A DNA stretch of 64,000 nt from assembly GCA_900547105.1 (NCBI GenBank), contig URFL01000003.1, positions 1-64,000 of the forward strand, given 5' to 3'. Within the stretch, counting starts at the first letter, position 1, and each line of letters starts with the position of its first letter. This stretch comes from an uncultured Oscillospiraceae bacterium. GTDB taxonomy: Bacteria; Bacillota; Clostridia; Oscillospirales; Acutalibacteraceae. Of this stretch, positions 46,510-57,946 are shown in pieces. Position numbers and translations under genes: made by a program. The notes under the pieces are model-generated. The model saw only the letters and a list, made by a program, of their open reading frames with translations. It was not told the origin of the DNA and searched no databases.

Positions 46510-49500
46510 TTGCGAACACAACAAAAACTCAAACGCATCGCCAGCGGGCTGCTGGCGATAATCATGCTGGTGTTGCTCATGCCGACGGCGGCGGTGGCGG
46601 AAGCGGATCGACAAACGATCCGGGTCGCGTTCCCCACGCAGGAAGGCATGAGTTTTTTCGGGCATTCCGGCAAGGTCACCGGTTACAACTATGACTATCT
46701 GGAAAAAATCTCCGAATACACCGGTTGGGATATGGAATACGTGCCCTACGGCAGCGCGGACGGCAACGAGGCTGTCGGCAGCGCTATCAGCGACTTGCAG
46801 CAGGGCAAGGTGGACTTGCTCGGTCCGCTGCTGAAAAATGCCGCCACCGAAAAGCTGTTCGAATTTCCGGAAAACAGCTACGGTACGGTTTACACCACCC
46901 TTTGCGCCAAAACCACCGGCAATCTGCGCGAAAACAACCTGTTTAACCAAGATCTGTTGAAGATCGGTCTTTGGAAACAGGCGGAAACCCGCAACAGCGA
47001 AGTGCTGACCTTTTTGAAATCCGAAAACCTGCCGTATCAAATCACCTACTATGACACGGCGGACGCCCAGCAGCAGGCGCTGGTAGACGGCGCGGTGGAT
47101 TTGATCTCCAGCGTGTCGCTGTCGCCGATCGCCAACACCCGCATTGTGGCACAATTTGCCCCGCGCCCCTATTATTTCGCCTCCACCAAAGGCAATACCG
47201 AGCTGATCAAAAAGCTGGACGAAACCATCGAGCGCATCGACCAGGTCGACCCGAATTTGCAGGACACGCTGTATGACACGTATTTCCGTGTGGTCAACGA
47301 CTCGTTCCGGTTAAATAACGAACAAAAAGCAACGCTGCAAGCCATGGGCACACTGCAGGTGCTGTGCGCCAAAAGCGCTGCGCCGTTCGCCTATCAAAAG
47401 GACGGCGAGCCCGCCGGTATGCTGGTTTCGATTTTGAACGACTTTGCCGAAAAAGCCGGACTCAAGCTGGAATACTCTTTCTGCTCCGACCGCACCGAAG
47501 CGCGGCAGATGATCGCCGACGGCAAATACGATATGTTTATCGGTATACCGCTGACTTCCAGCCTTTGCGCGGAATTGGGCTTTATCAACAGCGCGCCCGC
47601 CATCAATTCGATGCTCGCATATGTGCAAAGCCCTACCAAAAGCGGCACCGGCGATACCGGCGACAAAACCATCGCGCTGGTCAAAGGGCTGGAAGAGCAG
47701 ATTTCCACCGCGGGATACAAAGACACCATTCTGTGTGACAACTCTCAAGCCTGCATCAAAGCGGTGGAAAGCGGCAAGGCGGATATCGCCGCCGGCTGCC
47801 GCGCATCGCTCGAATATTACATCTATGAATCCGGCAGCAATCTGGTCACCAGCATGATCCCCGGCCAGACGCAAAGCGCCAACATTGCGGTGTCGCGAAA
47901 TTGCGACACGGCGCTGCTGTCCACCATGAATAATTATATTTACAGCATCTCCGAGGATGATCTCACCCGCTACCTCAGCGATGGCAATCTGCACTCCGAC
48001 TCCATGTCACTGGTTCTGTTCACCCGCCGCCATCCGGTGCAAACCACCCTGATAATCGTATCCGTGGTGGTGCTGCTGGCGGCGATCGTGCTGGTTTTGC
48101 TCACCCGTTCATCCAAGCAGCGCGCCGCCATGCAGGAGCTGCACAACAGCCAACTGCGCGATGCACTGCAAATTGCGCGCGATGCCAACGAGGCAAAAAC
48201 CACCTTCCTGTCCAATATGAGCCACGACATCCGCACCCCGATGAACGCGGTGATCGGCTTTTCCACGCTGCTTGCCAAAGAGCCGGACAACCGCGTCAAG
48301 GTGCGCGAATACGCGCGCAAAATCAGCGCCGCCAGCAACCATCTGCTGGGACTTATCAACGATATTCTGGATATCTCCAAAATCGAAAGCGGCAAAATGT
48401 CGCTGCGTCAGTCGGTTTTCTCGATTGACGAGCTGATGGAATCGGTCAATGTGGTGATCCGCCCGATGGCGGGCGAAAAGAAACAGGTATTCCAAGTCAG
48501 CATGGGCACCATGTCCCACGAGCTGTTTGTCGGCGACAAAGTGCGTGTGAACCAGGTGCTGATCAACCTGCTCTCCAACGCCATCAAATATACGCCGGAG
48601 GAGGGAAAAATCGGATTTTCCGTCACCGATCTCGGCGAATCGTCCACTTCGTTTGAGCGCCTGCGATTTGTAATTTCCGACACCGGATACGGCATCACCG
48701 AGGAGTTCCAAAAGGTAATTTTTGAGCCGTTCACCCGCGCCGAAAGCAGCACCGTCAACAAAGAAACCGGCACCGGGCTGGGACTGGCGATCACCAAAAA
48801 CATCATCGACCTGATGGGCGGCACCATTGATCTGAAAAGCATCCCCGGCAAAGGCACCACCTTCACCGTCGAGCTGCCGCTGCGGCTGCCGCACGAAGAA
48901 GAGGACGAGCATTTTTGGGAAAACCACCATATGTCCCGCATCCTGATCGTGGACGATGACAAGGCGATCTGCGATGGTGTGCGCGATAACATGGCGGACA
49001 GCGGTGTCGAGATCGACGCGGTTTACAGCGGCGAGGACGCCGTGGAGCTGGTCAAAAAGGAATATGGTGCCAGCCACGAATACAGCGCCATCATCCTTGA
49101 CTGGCAGATGCCCGGCATGAACGGGCTGGACACCGCGCGCGAGATCCGGAAGATCATTCCGATCGACACACCGGTGCTGTTCCTCACCTCCTACGACTGG
49201 TCGTCGATCGAAACCGAAGCGTTGGAAATTGATGTGGACGGCTTTTTGGCAAAGCCGTTCGCGGCGGTGAATCTGAAAGAAAAGCTCATCGAAGTGGAGC
49301 ATTTCAAAAACGCGATCTCCAAAGAGGATATTTCGCTGGATCTGAAAGGGCTGCATTTCCTGCTGGCGGAGGACAACGAGCTGAACGCGGAAATCGTGAC
49401 CGAGCTGCTCAAATCCGAAGGTGCCACCTGCGATGTGGAGGAAAACGGTCAGCTGGTGTTGGACAAGTTCCTCGCCTCTCCGGCGCACAGCTACGACGCG

Positions 49501-49728
49501 ATTTTGATGGATGTGATGATGCCGGTGATGAACGGCTACGACGCGACCAAGAAAATTCGTGCTTCGCAGCACCCGGAAGCACTCACCATCCCGATCGTGG
49601 CGATGACCGCCAACGCGTTCGTCAAGGATGTGCAGGACGCGCTGGATGCCGGCATGAACGCCCACATCGCCAAGCCGATCAATATGGAAACGCTGAAAAA
49701 CACCCTCGGCTCCTGTATCAAACGGTAA
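46510..49728 (+). CDS. hybrid sensor histidine kinase: two periplasmic solute-binding (SBP_bac_3-like) domains, TM, HisKA, HATPase_c, two REC domains
   Basis: Signal peptide/TM plus two PBP-like regions. H-box MSHDIRTPMNAVIG. N/G boxes NLLSNAIKYT…GTGLGLAI. Two receiver domains (…ILIVDDDKAI…D…K, …FLLAEDNELN…MDVMMP…). Start is TTG at 46510 or ATG at 46564. Confidence 0.9.
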   Translation: MRTQQKLKRIASGLLAIIMLVLLMPTAAVAEADRQTIRVAFPTQEGMSFFGHSGKVTGYNYDYLEKISEYTGWDMEYVPYGSADGNEAVGSAISDLQQGKVDLLGPLLKNAATEKLFEFPENSYGTVYTTLCAKTTGNLRENNLFNQDLLKIGLWKQAETRNSEVLTFLKSENLPYQITYYDTADAQQQALVDGAVDLISSVSLSPIANTRIVAQFAPRPYYFASTKGNTELIKKLDETIERIDQVDPNLQDTLYDTYFRVVNDSFRLNNEQKATLQAMGTLQVLCAKSAAPFAYQKDGEPAGMLVSILNDFAEKAGLKLEYSFCSDRTEARQMIADGKYDMFIGIPLTSSLCAELGFINSAPAINSMLAYVQSPTKSGTGDTGDKTIALVKGLEEQISTAGYKDTILCDNSQACIKAVESGKADIAAGCRASLEYYIYESGSNLVTSMIPGQTQSANIAVSRNCDTALLSTMNNYIYSISEDDLTRYLSDGNLHSDSMSLVLFTRRHPVQTTLIIVSVVVLLAAIVLVLLTRSSKQRAAMQELHNSQLRDALQIARDANEAKTTFLSNMSHDIRTPMNAVIGFSTLLAKEPDNRVKVREYARKISAASNHLLGLINDILDISKIESGKMSLRQSVFSIDELMESVNVVIRPMAGEKKQVFQVSMGTMSHELFVGDKVRVNQVLINLLSNAIKYTPEEGKIGFSVTDLGESSTSFERLRFVISDTGYGITEEFQKVIFEPFTRAESSTVNKETGTGLGLAITKNIIDLMGGTIDLKSIPGKGTTFTVELPLRLPHEEEDEHFWENHHMSRILIVDDDKAICDGVRDNMADSGVEIDAVYSGEDAVELVKKEYGASHEYSAIILDWQMPGMNGLDTAREIRKIIPIDTPVLFLTSYDWSSIETEALEIDVDGFLAKPFAAVNLKEKLIEVEHFKNAISKEDISLDLKGLHFLLAEDNELNAEIVTELLKSEGATCDVEENGQLVLDKFLASPAHSYDAILMDVMMPVMNGYDATKKIRASQHPEALTIPIVAMTANAFVKDVQDALDAGMNAHIAKPINMETLKNTLGSCIKR

Positions 49729-49752
49729 CCTATTGGACAACCACAAAAAAGC

Positions 49753-49790
49753 CTCCCGGAAAATTCCGGGAGGCTTTTCTTGGTGCAAAC
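49753..49790. terminator. bidirectional terminator between the hybrid kinase and ilvC
   Basis: aaaaaagcctcccggaaaattccgggaggctttt. Confidence 0.85.
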
Positions 49791-49794
49791 GAAA

Positions 49795-50796
<1,002 letters not shown>

Positions 50797-50886
50797 TTAC
50801 CTCCTACGCCGTTTGACGGCAAGATGTTCTATGTGGATACGGATGGCCGGTTCCTTACCAGGCTAGTGCCGTATGGACATATAAAA

Positions 50887-51396
50887 TTATTTTTCCGCTT
50901 TATCAACCTTGCGGGTGGGATCGGCGCCTTTTTCAATGGCAATCACGCCGGTGCGCACCACTTCTTTGATGCCATACGGGCGCAGCAGCGTTTCCAGCGT
51001 TTCGGTGCGTTCGGGAGTGTCCGCAAACTCCACCGTCATGCTGGTGCGGGTGACATCCACAATGCGCGCGCTCATCAGCTCGGTAATGCGCATGATATCG
51101 GCGCGCTGACCGGCGGCCACCGCCACCTTGATCAGCGACAGGGTGCGGGGGATATACGCCCCCTCCTCCAGCGTTTTCACCTTGATGACCGGGATCACCT
51201 TGTTGAGCTGTTTTTCCACCTGCTCCACCACATATTCGTCGCCGTCCACCACGATGGTGATGCGCGAAATGGTGGAATCCTCGGTCACACCGACCGCCAG
51301 AGAATCAATGTTAAAGCCCCGCCGGGAAAACAGGCCGGACACCTTGGACAAAACGCCGGGGTGGTTTTCCACCAGGACAGACATGGTATATTTCAT
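50887..51396 (-). CDS. ilvN: acetolactate synthase small (regulatory) subunit
   Basis: ACT domain MKYTMSVLVENHPGVLSKVSGLFSRRGFNIDSLAVG…. Confidence 0.93.
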   Translation of the reverse strand: MKYTMSVLVENHPGVLSKVSGLFSRRGFNIDSLAVGVTEDSTISRITIVVDGDEYVVEQVEKQLNKVIPVIKVKTLEEGAYIPRTLSLIKVAVAAGQRADIMRITELMSARIVDVTRTSMTVEFADTPERTETLETLLRPYGIKEVVRTGVIAIEKGADPTRKVDKAEK

Positions 51397-51408
51397 ATCA
51401 ATGCCCCC

Positions 51409-53034
51409 TTACAACGACGGATAGTCGGGATCGACGGTACATTCCAGCAGATAGGGGCGATCGTCCGCCCACATCTCCGCCAGCGCCTGCTCCGCCTCCT
51501 GATTGGAGGCGACCCGCCGGGCGGGAATACCGTAAGCCCCCGCCAGCTTGACAAAATCGGGGCTGCCGTCCAAATACACGCCGCTGTGCACGCCGTGGTA
51601 CTGGTTGTCCTGCAGCTCGCGCACCATCCCGAGACGGGTGTTGCGCATCACGATGATCTTGACACCGATCTGCTCCTGGCAAATGGTGCCCAGCTCCATC
51701 ATGCTCATCTGGAACGAGCCGTCGCCGCAAACGGCGCACACCTGACGATGCGGATCCGCCATCTTGGCGCCCACCGCGCAGGGAATGGAATAGCCCATCG
51801 TGCCCATGCCGCCGGAGGTGAGGAATCGTCCGTCGCGGATCTCAAAATGGTTGGCGGACCAGATCTGGTTCTGCCCGACATCGGCACACAGCACCGCGTC
51901 ATCCGCCATCGCGCGGGACAGCGCCCGCATAAAGGTTTTCGGCTCCACATAACCGTCCACCGGCGGAATCACCTTGGCGGCGTACCGCTTTTTGCGGTCG
52001 GTCACCGCCTCCACCCACTCGGTGGGCGCGGTCGCGTTGACGATGCTGCACAGGCTTTCCAGCACCAGCCGCAGATCGCCGACGATCGGAATATGCGCCG
52101 GCAGATTTTTACCGATCTCTGCCGGGTCAATGTCAATGTGAATCACCTTGGCGCGGGTCGCGATCTGACCCGGAGCCGCCATCGCGCGGTCGCCCGCGCG
52201 CGCGCCCGCCATAATCACCAGATCCGCATCGCGAATGGCTTTGTTGGCGGGAGGACAGCCATGCGACCCCAGCATACCGAGATACAGCGGATGCGCCGAC
52301 GGCAGCGCACCGATCCCCATCATGGTGGTCACGGTGGGGAGCTTGCACGCCTCCACCAGCGCGCGCAGCGCGTGTTCGGCATGGGAGGAAAACACCCCGC
52401 CGCCCGCGCATACCACCGGGCGTTTGGCAGCGGCGATCGCCTGCGCCGCTTTTTTGATCTGCAAGCCGTGACCTTGGGTGCGGGGCTTGTAGCCGATGAT
52501 ATCCACCGGAATATCGCCATACACGAAATCCAGCAGCGTTTTTTGCTGCATATCGATCGGAATATCGATCAACACCGGACCGGGACGACCGGTACCGGCG
52601 ATATGAAACGCTTCTTTGAACACGCGGGGAATGTCCGCCGCGCGATCGATCAGATAGCTGTGTTTGGTAAACGGCTCCGCCGCGCCGGTGATATCCGCCT
52701 CCTGAAACACATCGCGCCCCAGCAGGTCGCTGCGCACCTGACCGGTGATGACCACCAGCGGGATGGAATCCATATACGCCGACGCGATACCGGTTAACAG
52801 GTTGGTAGCACCGGGGCCGGAGGTCGCGACGCACACCCCCACCCGACCGGAAATGCGGGCATAACCGCTGGCGGCGTGGGCGGCGTTTTGCTCGGTGCGC
52901 ACCAGCACGTGGTGCAGCGCGCTTTCCGCGAGCTGATCGTAGAACGGGCAGATGGCGGCACCGGGATATCCGTACAAAACCTGGACGCCTTCCGCCTCCA
53001 GACAGCGCACCATCGCTGCAGCCCCGGTCATCAT
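51409..53034 (-). CDS. ilvB: acetolactate synthase large subunit (biosynthetic, TPP-dependent)
   Basis: MMTGAAAMVRCLEAEGVQVLYGYPGAAICPFYD… and TPP-binding motif (…GDGSFQM…). Confidence 0.95.
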   Translation of the reverse strand: MMTGAAAMVRCLEAEGVQVLYGYPGAAICPFYDQLAESALHHVLVRTEQNAAHAASGYARISGRVGVCVATSGPGATNLLTGIASAYMDSIPLVVITGQVRSDLLGRDVFQEADITGAAEPFTKHSYLIDRAADIPRVFKEAFHIAGTGRPGPVLIDIPIDMQQKTLLDFVYGDIPVDIIGYKPRTQGHGLQIKKAAQAIAAAKRPVVCAGGGVFSSHAEHALRALVEACKLPTVTTMMGIGALPSAHPLYLGMLGSHGCPPANKAIRDADLVIMAGARAGDRAMAAPGQIATRAKVIHIDIDPAEIGKNLPAHIPIVGDLRLVLESLCSIVNATAPTEWVEAVTDRKKRYAAKVIPPVDGYVEPKTFMRALSRAMADDAVLCADVGQNQIWSANHFEIRDGRFLTSGGMGTMGYSIPCAVGAKMADPHRQVCAVCGDGSFQMSMMELGTICQEQIGVKIIVMRNTRLGMVRELQDNQYHGVHSGVYLDGSPDFVKLAGAYGIPARRVASNQEAEQALAEMWADDRPYLLECTVDPDYPSL

Positions 53035-53070
53035 ACCGCATCCGCTCCTTCACCTTTGAATTTACACAGT

Positions 53071-53099
53071 ATTATAGACCTGTTGGTTTGTTATGTCAA
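53071..53099 (-). promoter_or_regulatory. consensus sigma-A promoter of ilvBNC
   Basis: Minus strand reads TTGACA-17 nt-TATAAT, about 35 nt upstream of the ilvB start. No T-box specifier or antiterminator sequence was found. Confidence 0.65.
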
Positions 53100-53357
53100 G
53101 ACATTTTTTGACTTTAGCATCTAAAAGCGACCGGCTTTTTCTTCCTCTTTTCTGCTGTTTTCCTCGGCGGACGCGGCACCTCTCCCCCCACTTGTCGCCG
53201 GGCAGCCGCCCGACACCCGGCCACTTTTGCAATATTTTTTGCGTATATTCTATAAAATAAGCAATGTGTGAAAAACAACAAGCATATCCGTATTGAAACT
53301 TCGGATAAATTATGGTATATTGAGTAAAAAGGTATTTGGAACAGGAGGGGTTATGTT

Positions 53358-54404
53358 ATGAACACGCGCATGGTATCGCTTTTCACCGTGGCTGCACTGT
53401 GCCTGTCGCTGTGCGCCTGTGGCGGGCAACCTGGAACAGATGTGGAGCTTGGCGCCAGCCGCATGACCGAAACGGCGACGCTCCCTGTTTCCAAAACGGC
53501 AACCCTTTCCACAAACAATGCGGGAGCGACCACCGCCCCCTCCAAAAAGCCGGCACACCACACCACCCAACCCGTTGTCTCCACCCGCGCTATGGAAAGG
53601 TTACACCGCGGCAACAGCACGTGGCAAGAGGTTCCTATCGAAGACATGAAGTACATATCCTTATGGTGTTTTTGGACGTTTGATTTGCGAAAGGTCATTA
53701 CCTCCGCCGACTATGTTTTTAGCGGAACGATCCTCAGCCGCAAAGAATATGAAGTGTCTTTGCCGGATAAAAAAGGAGAATCTAACGGACCATATAGCCG
53801 GTCGATTCTCGAAGTGGAAATACACCATACATATCACGGAAAGCCACCGGTAAAAGGGAACATTATTCGTGTGTGTTACACCCATTCCGTATCGGAACAG
53901 ATCGGCAGCGCGCTGTCGATTGACGATAACGGAGAATATGTTTTTGTCACCTATGCGCTGAACGACAAGTACGCCAAAGAAATGAAGAAAAAATTTCCCG
54001 ACGGCTATGCAGAAGAGGAGTTGTATGCGGATGTCGCTTTCTCCACTCCTTTCTATGATCTGTTCGCTATCGAAGATGGAAAAGTGATTTCTTATGCCGG
54101 ATATTTTGACTGGGATAAAAAGGTGATGAAAAAAGCAACCTATCCCGTAAGATCGAACAAGATTGAACACGGGCGCAGCGGCGGTCCTTATATTGCGTTG
54201 TCCAAAAAAGACTTTGATACGGCGTTTGCCAACCTGTTCAAAAATCCGGAAACTTTGCCCACTGCCAGCACATGGGCGCACAACGACACCACCACGACCA
54301 CAACTACCACCCGCCAGACGAGCGCTGCCACAAAAGCGGGGCTGCCCACCGTGAACACCGACCCCACCATCGTGTGGTCAGACCCGGAGGACGGAGAGTC
54401 ATGA
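53358..54404 (+). CDS. hypothetical lipoprotein (348 aa)
   Basis: MNTRMVSLFTVAALCLSLCA-C lipobox. Promoter TTGAAA-17-TATATT at about 53295-53323, RBS aggagggg. C-terminal Thr-rich linker (TTTTTTTTRQT). Confidence 0.7.
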   Translation: MNTRMVSLFTVAALCLSLCACGGQPGTDVELGASRMTETATLPVSKTATLSTNNAGATTAPSKKPAHHTTQPVVSTRAMERLHRGNSTWQEVPIEDMKYISLWCFWTFDLRKVITSADYVFSGTILSRKEYEVSLPDKKGESNGPYSRSILEVEIHHTYHGKPPVKGNIIRVCYTHSVSEQIGSALSIDDNGEYVFVTYALNDKYAKEMKKKFPDGYAEEELYADVAFSTPFYDLFAIEDGKVISYAGYFDWDKKVMKKATYPVRSNKIEHGRSGGPYIALSKKDFDTAFANLFKNPETLPTASTWAHNDTTTTTTTTRQTSAATKAGLPTVNTDPTIVWSDPEDGES

Positions 54405-55249
54405 TGAAAAAGGAATGGCAAAGTGGGGGCTTGTGTCTGCTCATACTCGGCGGTTTGCTGGCGGGCTGTCTTAGCGGGTGCCGGTCAACCGAACCTCTTC
54501 CGAATAAGGTAACGACAACGAGTGTTCATACTGTGAGCACCACCGCAACAGCCCCCGTCGATACGATGACGAAAGCACCATTCAAAACCGAACCGGATCC
54601 AACAGGCTATGTAGATTTAGTTGACTCCGAAGACTGGCCTTGCCGCGAGTTTAATTCCGTGGAGGGTTTTATCCATTGGATTGAAAACCCTAACTTCAAA
54701 ATGGAAAAAAGTCCGCTTGAGCCGGAAAAAGATGAACATGGATACGACGTATATAAAAGAAGTTATTTTGATGCCCTGTATCCGGACTATCAACAGATGT
54801 TTGCGGTAGACCGGTTTTACATGCTGCCGGATGTGCCGTCTGATTGGGAGTTAACAGATATACAGATAAGAAGTCATAATACCGACTTTTATTATCTGGA
54901 TAATCAAAAAAACGAATATTATCTATCCTATAATTATTCCGAATCCTCCCATAATCTCAATAGTGTTGAAAGTTCAGAGTTTTTTGCTTTTAAAAAAATA
55001 TTAAACGATCAAGAATATTATGTTATAGATTTTGATCTACAAGCAGTAGCCCAAAAGAAGGGCAGTTTTATTTTTACTCTTGTAAATGGTTATCTCTGCG
55101 AATTTGCTATGCAAACATATAATCCGGACGAAAAAGATTCCGCTACAGAAGGATATGAACGGGTTGTTTACAGTGAGAATACGGATTTAACGGATGTTGT
55201 CAGCAAGATGAAATTTAAGCGGATCGATTTACCCCCACTGAAACAGTAG
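54401..55249 (+). CDS. hypothetical lipoprotein (282 aa), AT-richer than its surroundings
   Basis: MMKKEWQSGGLCLLILGGLLAGCLSGC lipobox. ATGA overlap with the upstream lipoprotein gene. Confidence 0.65.
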   Translation: MMKKEWQSGGLCLLILGGLLAGCLSGCRSTEPLPNKVTTTSVHTVSTTATAPVDTMTKAPFKTEPDPTGYVDLVDSEDWPCREFNSVEGFIHWIENPNFKMEKSPLEPEKDEHGYDVYKRSYFDALYPDYQQMFAVDRFYMLPDVPSDWELTDIQIRSHNTDFYYLDNQKNEYYLSYNYSESSHNLNSVESSEFFAFKKILNDQEYYVIDFDLQAVAQKKGSFIFTLVNGYLCEFAMQTYNPDEKDSATEGYERVVYSENTDLTDVVSKMKFKRIDLPPLKQ

Positions 55250-55264
55250 AAGCAAAAAGCCAGC

Positions 55265-55323
55265 ACAAAAGCCGACGGCGTTTTGGTCGCGAATAGCTTT
55301 GGCTGGCTTTTTCCTTTGGCGGC
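55265..55323 (+). terminator. probable terminator (compound hairpin)
   Basis: aaaagccagc…gctggcttttt with inner stems. Confidence 0.5.
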
Positions 55324-55375
55324 GGCATCGATCCGCCCGGCAGCGGGTCGTAACAATTTTTTTACAAATATTTCC

Positions 55376-55404
55376 TTGCGCTTTGGGCGGAAAAGGAGTA
55401 TAGT
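55376..55404 (+). promoter_or_regulatory. sigma-A promoter of htpG (TTGCGC-17-TATAGT)
   Basis: Positioned so the transcription start falls at the CIRCE element. Confidence 0.55.
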
Positions 55405-55408
55405 AGCG

Positions 55409-55435
55409 TTAGCACTCGAAGCGAGCGAGTGCTAA
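55409..55435 (+). promoter_or_regulatory. CIRCE operator upstream of htpG
   Basis: TTAGCACTC-gaagcgagc-GAGTGCTAA is a perfect CIRCE consensus. Confidence 0.93.
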
Positions 55436-55460
55436 AACATCGTAAAGAGGGAAAATCGTC

Positions 55461-57341
55461 ATGAGAACCAAACAATTCAAAGCCGAATCCAAGCGGTTGC
55501 TGGATCTGATGATCCATTCTATCTATACCCATAAAGAAATCTTTCTGCGCGAGCTGATCTCCAACGCCAGCGACGCGATGGACAAGCTGTACTACCGCTC
55601 GCTGAAAGAGCATTTGCAGGATGTGGATCGCGAAGATTTTGCCATCGACATTGCGGTGGACAAAGAGCACCGCACCCTGACCATTTGGGATACCGGCATC
55701 GGCATGACCGAAGAGGAGCTGGAAAACAACCTCGGCGTGATCGCCAAGAGCGGCTCGTTTGCTTTCAAAAATGAGCAGGAGGAGAAAACCGACGATGTGG
55801 ACATCATCGGTCAGTTTGGCGTGGGCTTTTATTCCGCGTTCATGGTGAGCGATCTGGTCACAGTCGTCACCCGCGCCTACGGCAGCGACCAGGCGTATCG
55901 CTGGGAATCCAAAGGGGTCGAGGGCTACACGGTGGAGCCGTGCGAAAAAGACAGCGTCGGCACCCAGATCATTTTGCATATCAAAGAGAACACCGAAGAC
56001 GAAAACTACGACGAATTTTTGGACAGCTACCGTTTGCAGGGGCTGATCAAAAAATATTCCGACTACATCCGCTACCCCATCCGCATGGATGTGGAATCCC
56101 GCCGTCCGGTCGAGGGCAAAGAGGGCGAGTACGAAACCGTCACCGAGACCAAAACCATCAACAGCATGGTACCGATCTGGCGCAAAAACAAAAGCGAGAT
56201 CCAGCCGGAGGAATACAACGCCTTTTACAAGGATAAATTCATGGATTACGAGGATCCGGCGCGGGTCATCCACAGCCGCACCGAGGGCGCGGCCACCTAT
56301 CAGGCGCTGTTGTTCATCCCGTCCCACGCGCCGTACAACTACTACACCCGCGAATACGAAAAGGGCTTGCAGCTGTACGCCAGCGGCGTGCTGATCATGG
56401 ACAAATGTGCCGATCTGCTGCCCGACCATTACAGCTTTGTCAAAGGTTTGGTCGATTCGCAGGATCTGTCGCTGAACATCTCGCGCGAGATGCTGCAGCA
56501 CGATCGCCAGCTGAAGCTGATCGCCGCGCGACTGGAGAAAAAGATCCACAGCGAGCTGCTCTCCATGCTGCAAAACGAGCGCGAAACCTATGAAACCTTC
56601 TTCAAAAACTTCGGCTTGCAGTTGAAATACGGCGTATACAGCGATTTCGGAATGCACAAGGATGAGCTGCAGGATCTGCTGCTGTTCTATTCGTCCCACG
56701 AAAAGAAGCTGACCACGCTGCAGGAATACATCGACCGTATGCCGGAAGGACAGCCCTGCATCTACTACGCGTGCGGCGAAACGCCGGACAAGATCGAGCG
56801 GATGCCACAAACCGAGGCGGTACGCGACAAGGGCTACGAGATCTTGTATCTGACCGACGATGTGGACGAATTCGCGCTGAAATCGCTGCACACCTTTGCG
56901 GACAAGGAGTTCAAATCCGTGTCCGGCGGTGATTTGGGCTTTGAGCCGGAAAAGGCGGAAGAATCCACCGAAAACAAAGACCTGTTCGCCTTTATGGCGG
57001 AGGCGCTGTCCGGCAAGGTGAAAGCGGTGCGCGGGTCGCAGCGGCTGAAAACCCACCCGGTTTGTCTGACCGCCGAGGGCGAAGTGTCGCTGGAGATGGA
57101 AAAGGTGCTGGATGCGATGCCGGGTGACCACGCGATCAAAGCCCAGCGGGTGCTGGAGATCAACGAAGCGCACCCCATCTTCCAAAAGCTGACCGCGCTG
57201 TACCAAAACGACAAAGACGAGCTGAAAGAATACAGCGAGCTGCTGTACGATCAGGCGGCGCTGATGGAGGGGCTGTCGATCGACGATCCGGTGGCGTTTG
57301 CCGAAAAAGTGTGCAAGCTGATGGCGCAGGATAACGCATGA
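55461..57341 (+). CDS. htpG: molecular chaperone HtpG (Hsp90)
   Basis: …[15 protein letters not shown]… (GHKL N-terminal motif). 626 aa. Confidence 0.96.
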   Translation: MRTKQFKAESKRLLDLMIHSIYTHKEIFLRELISNASDAMDKLYYRSLKEHLQDVDREDFAIDIAVDKEHRTLTIWDTGIGMTEEELENNLGVIAKSGSFAFKNEQEEKTDDVDIIGQFGVGFYSAFMVSDLVTVVTRAYGSDQAYRWESKGVEGYTVEPCEKDSVGTQIILHIKENTEDENYDEFLDSYRLQGLIKKYSDYIRYPIRMDVESRRPVEGKEGEYETVTETKTINSMVPIWRKNKSEIQPEEYNAFYKDKFMDYEDPARVIHSRTEGAATYQALLFIPSHAPYNYYTREYEKGLQLYASGVLIMDKCADLLPDHYSFVKGLVDSQDLSLNISREMLQHDRQLKLIAARLEKKIHSELLSMLQNERETYETFFKNFGLQLKYGVYSDFGMHKDELQDLLLFYSSHEKKLTTLQEYIDRMPEGQPCIYYACGETPDKIERMPQTEAVRDKGYEILYLTDDVDEFALKSLHTFADKEFKSVSGGDLGFEPEKAEESTENKDLFAFMAEALSGKVKAVRGSQRLKTHPVCLTAEGEVSLEMEKVLDAMPGDHAIKAQRVLEINEAHPIFQKLTALYQNDKDELKEYSELLYDQAALMEGLSIDDPVAFAEKVCKLMAQDNA

Positions 57342-57826
57342 CCGGGCGCTGGCTGTTTCGGGTGCTGTCGCTGATGGCGGTGCTCGGCTGGATGGCGGTG
57401 ATCTTCTGGTTTTCCGCCCAAACGGCGGACGACTCCGCCGCCATGAGCGGCGGGCTGATCGAACAGGTCGCGGGCGCGATCACACCGGGGTTTTCCGAGC
57501 TGCCGACCGAGCAGCAAACCGCGGTGGTGAACCAATGGCAAACGGTGGTGCGCAAGGGCGCGCATATGACCGAATACGCTGTTTTGGGCGTGCTTTGCTG
57601 GATCGCCGCGACCGGTTGGTTCCCGCGGCGGCGGATACGCGCGGCGGTGGCTGCCGGTGTGGGGCTGCTGTACGCCGCAAGCGACGAATTTCACCAGCGG
57701 TTTGTGCCGGGACGCGGTCCCGGTGTGCTGGATGTGGGCATCGACTTCACCGGTGTGTGCATCGGGCTAGCGCTGGCAGCGGGCGTGACCGCGCTGTGGC
57801 GCCGGTATCGCCGCAAACGAGCATAA
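57338..57826 (+). CDS. VanZ-like family membrane protein
   Basis: Overlaps the htpG stop. About 4 TM segments and the DExHQ-type motif (…[13 protein letters not shown]…) typical of VanZ-like proteins. Confidence 0.7.
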   Translation: MTGRWLFRVLSLMAVLGWMAVIFWFSAQTADDSAAMSGGLIEQVAGAITPGFSELPTEQQTAVVNQWQTVVRKGAHMTEYAVLGVLCWIAATGWFPRRRIRAAVAAGVGLLYAASDEFHQRFVPGRGPGVLDVGIDFTGVCIGLALAAGVTALWRRYRRKRA

Positions 57827-57828
57827 GC

Positions 57829-57866
57829 AAAGGGCTGTTCCCCGCGGGGAACAGCCCTTTTTGCGT
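57829..57866 (+). terminator. rho-independent terminator
   Basis: aagggctgttccccgcggggaacagcccttttt. Confidence 0.85.
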
Positions 57867-57946
57867 GTGACCATAGAGTGTCACCATAGACAACCCGCGG
57901 CACGGCGTGTATAATAAATCTGATTTTGTGTAACGGAGGGGTTGGC

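Noticed and set aside
53035-53340. Possible T-box riboswitch or leader-peptide attenuator in front of ilvB
   Set aside because: No T-box core (AATTAGGGTGGNACC-like on the minus strand) was found. A consensus TTGACA-17-TATAAT promoter sits only about 35 nt from the start codon, leaving no room for a long leader. The remaining upstream sequence belongs to the divergent lipoprotein promoter.
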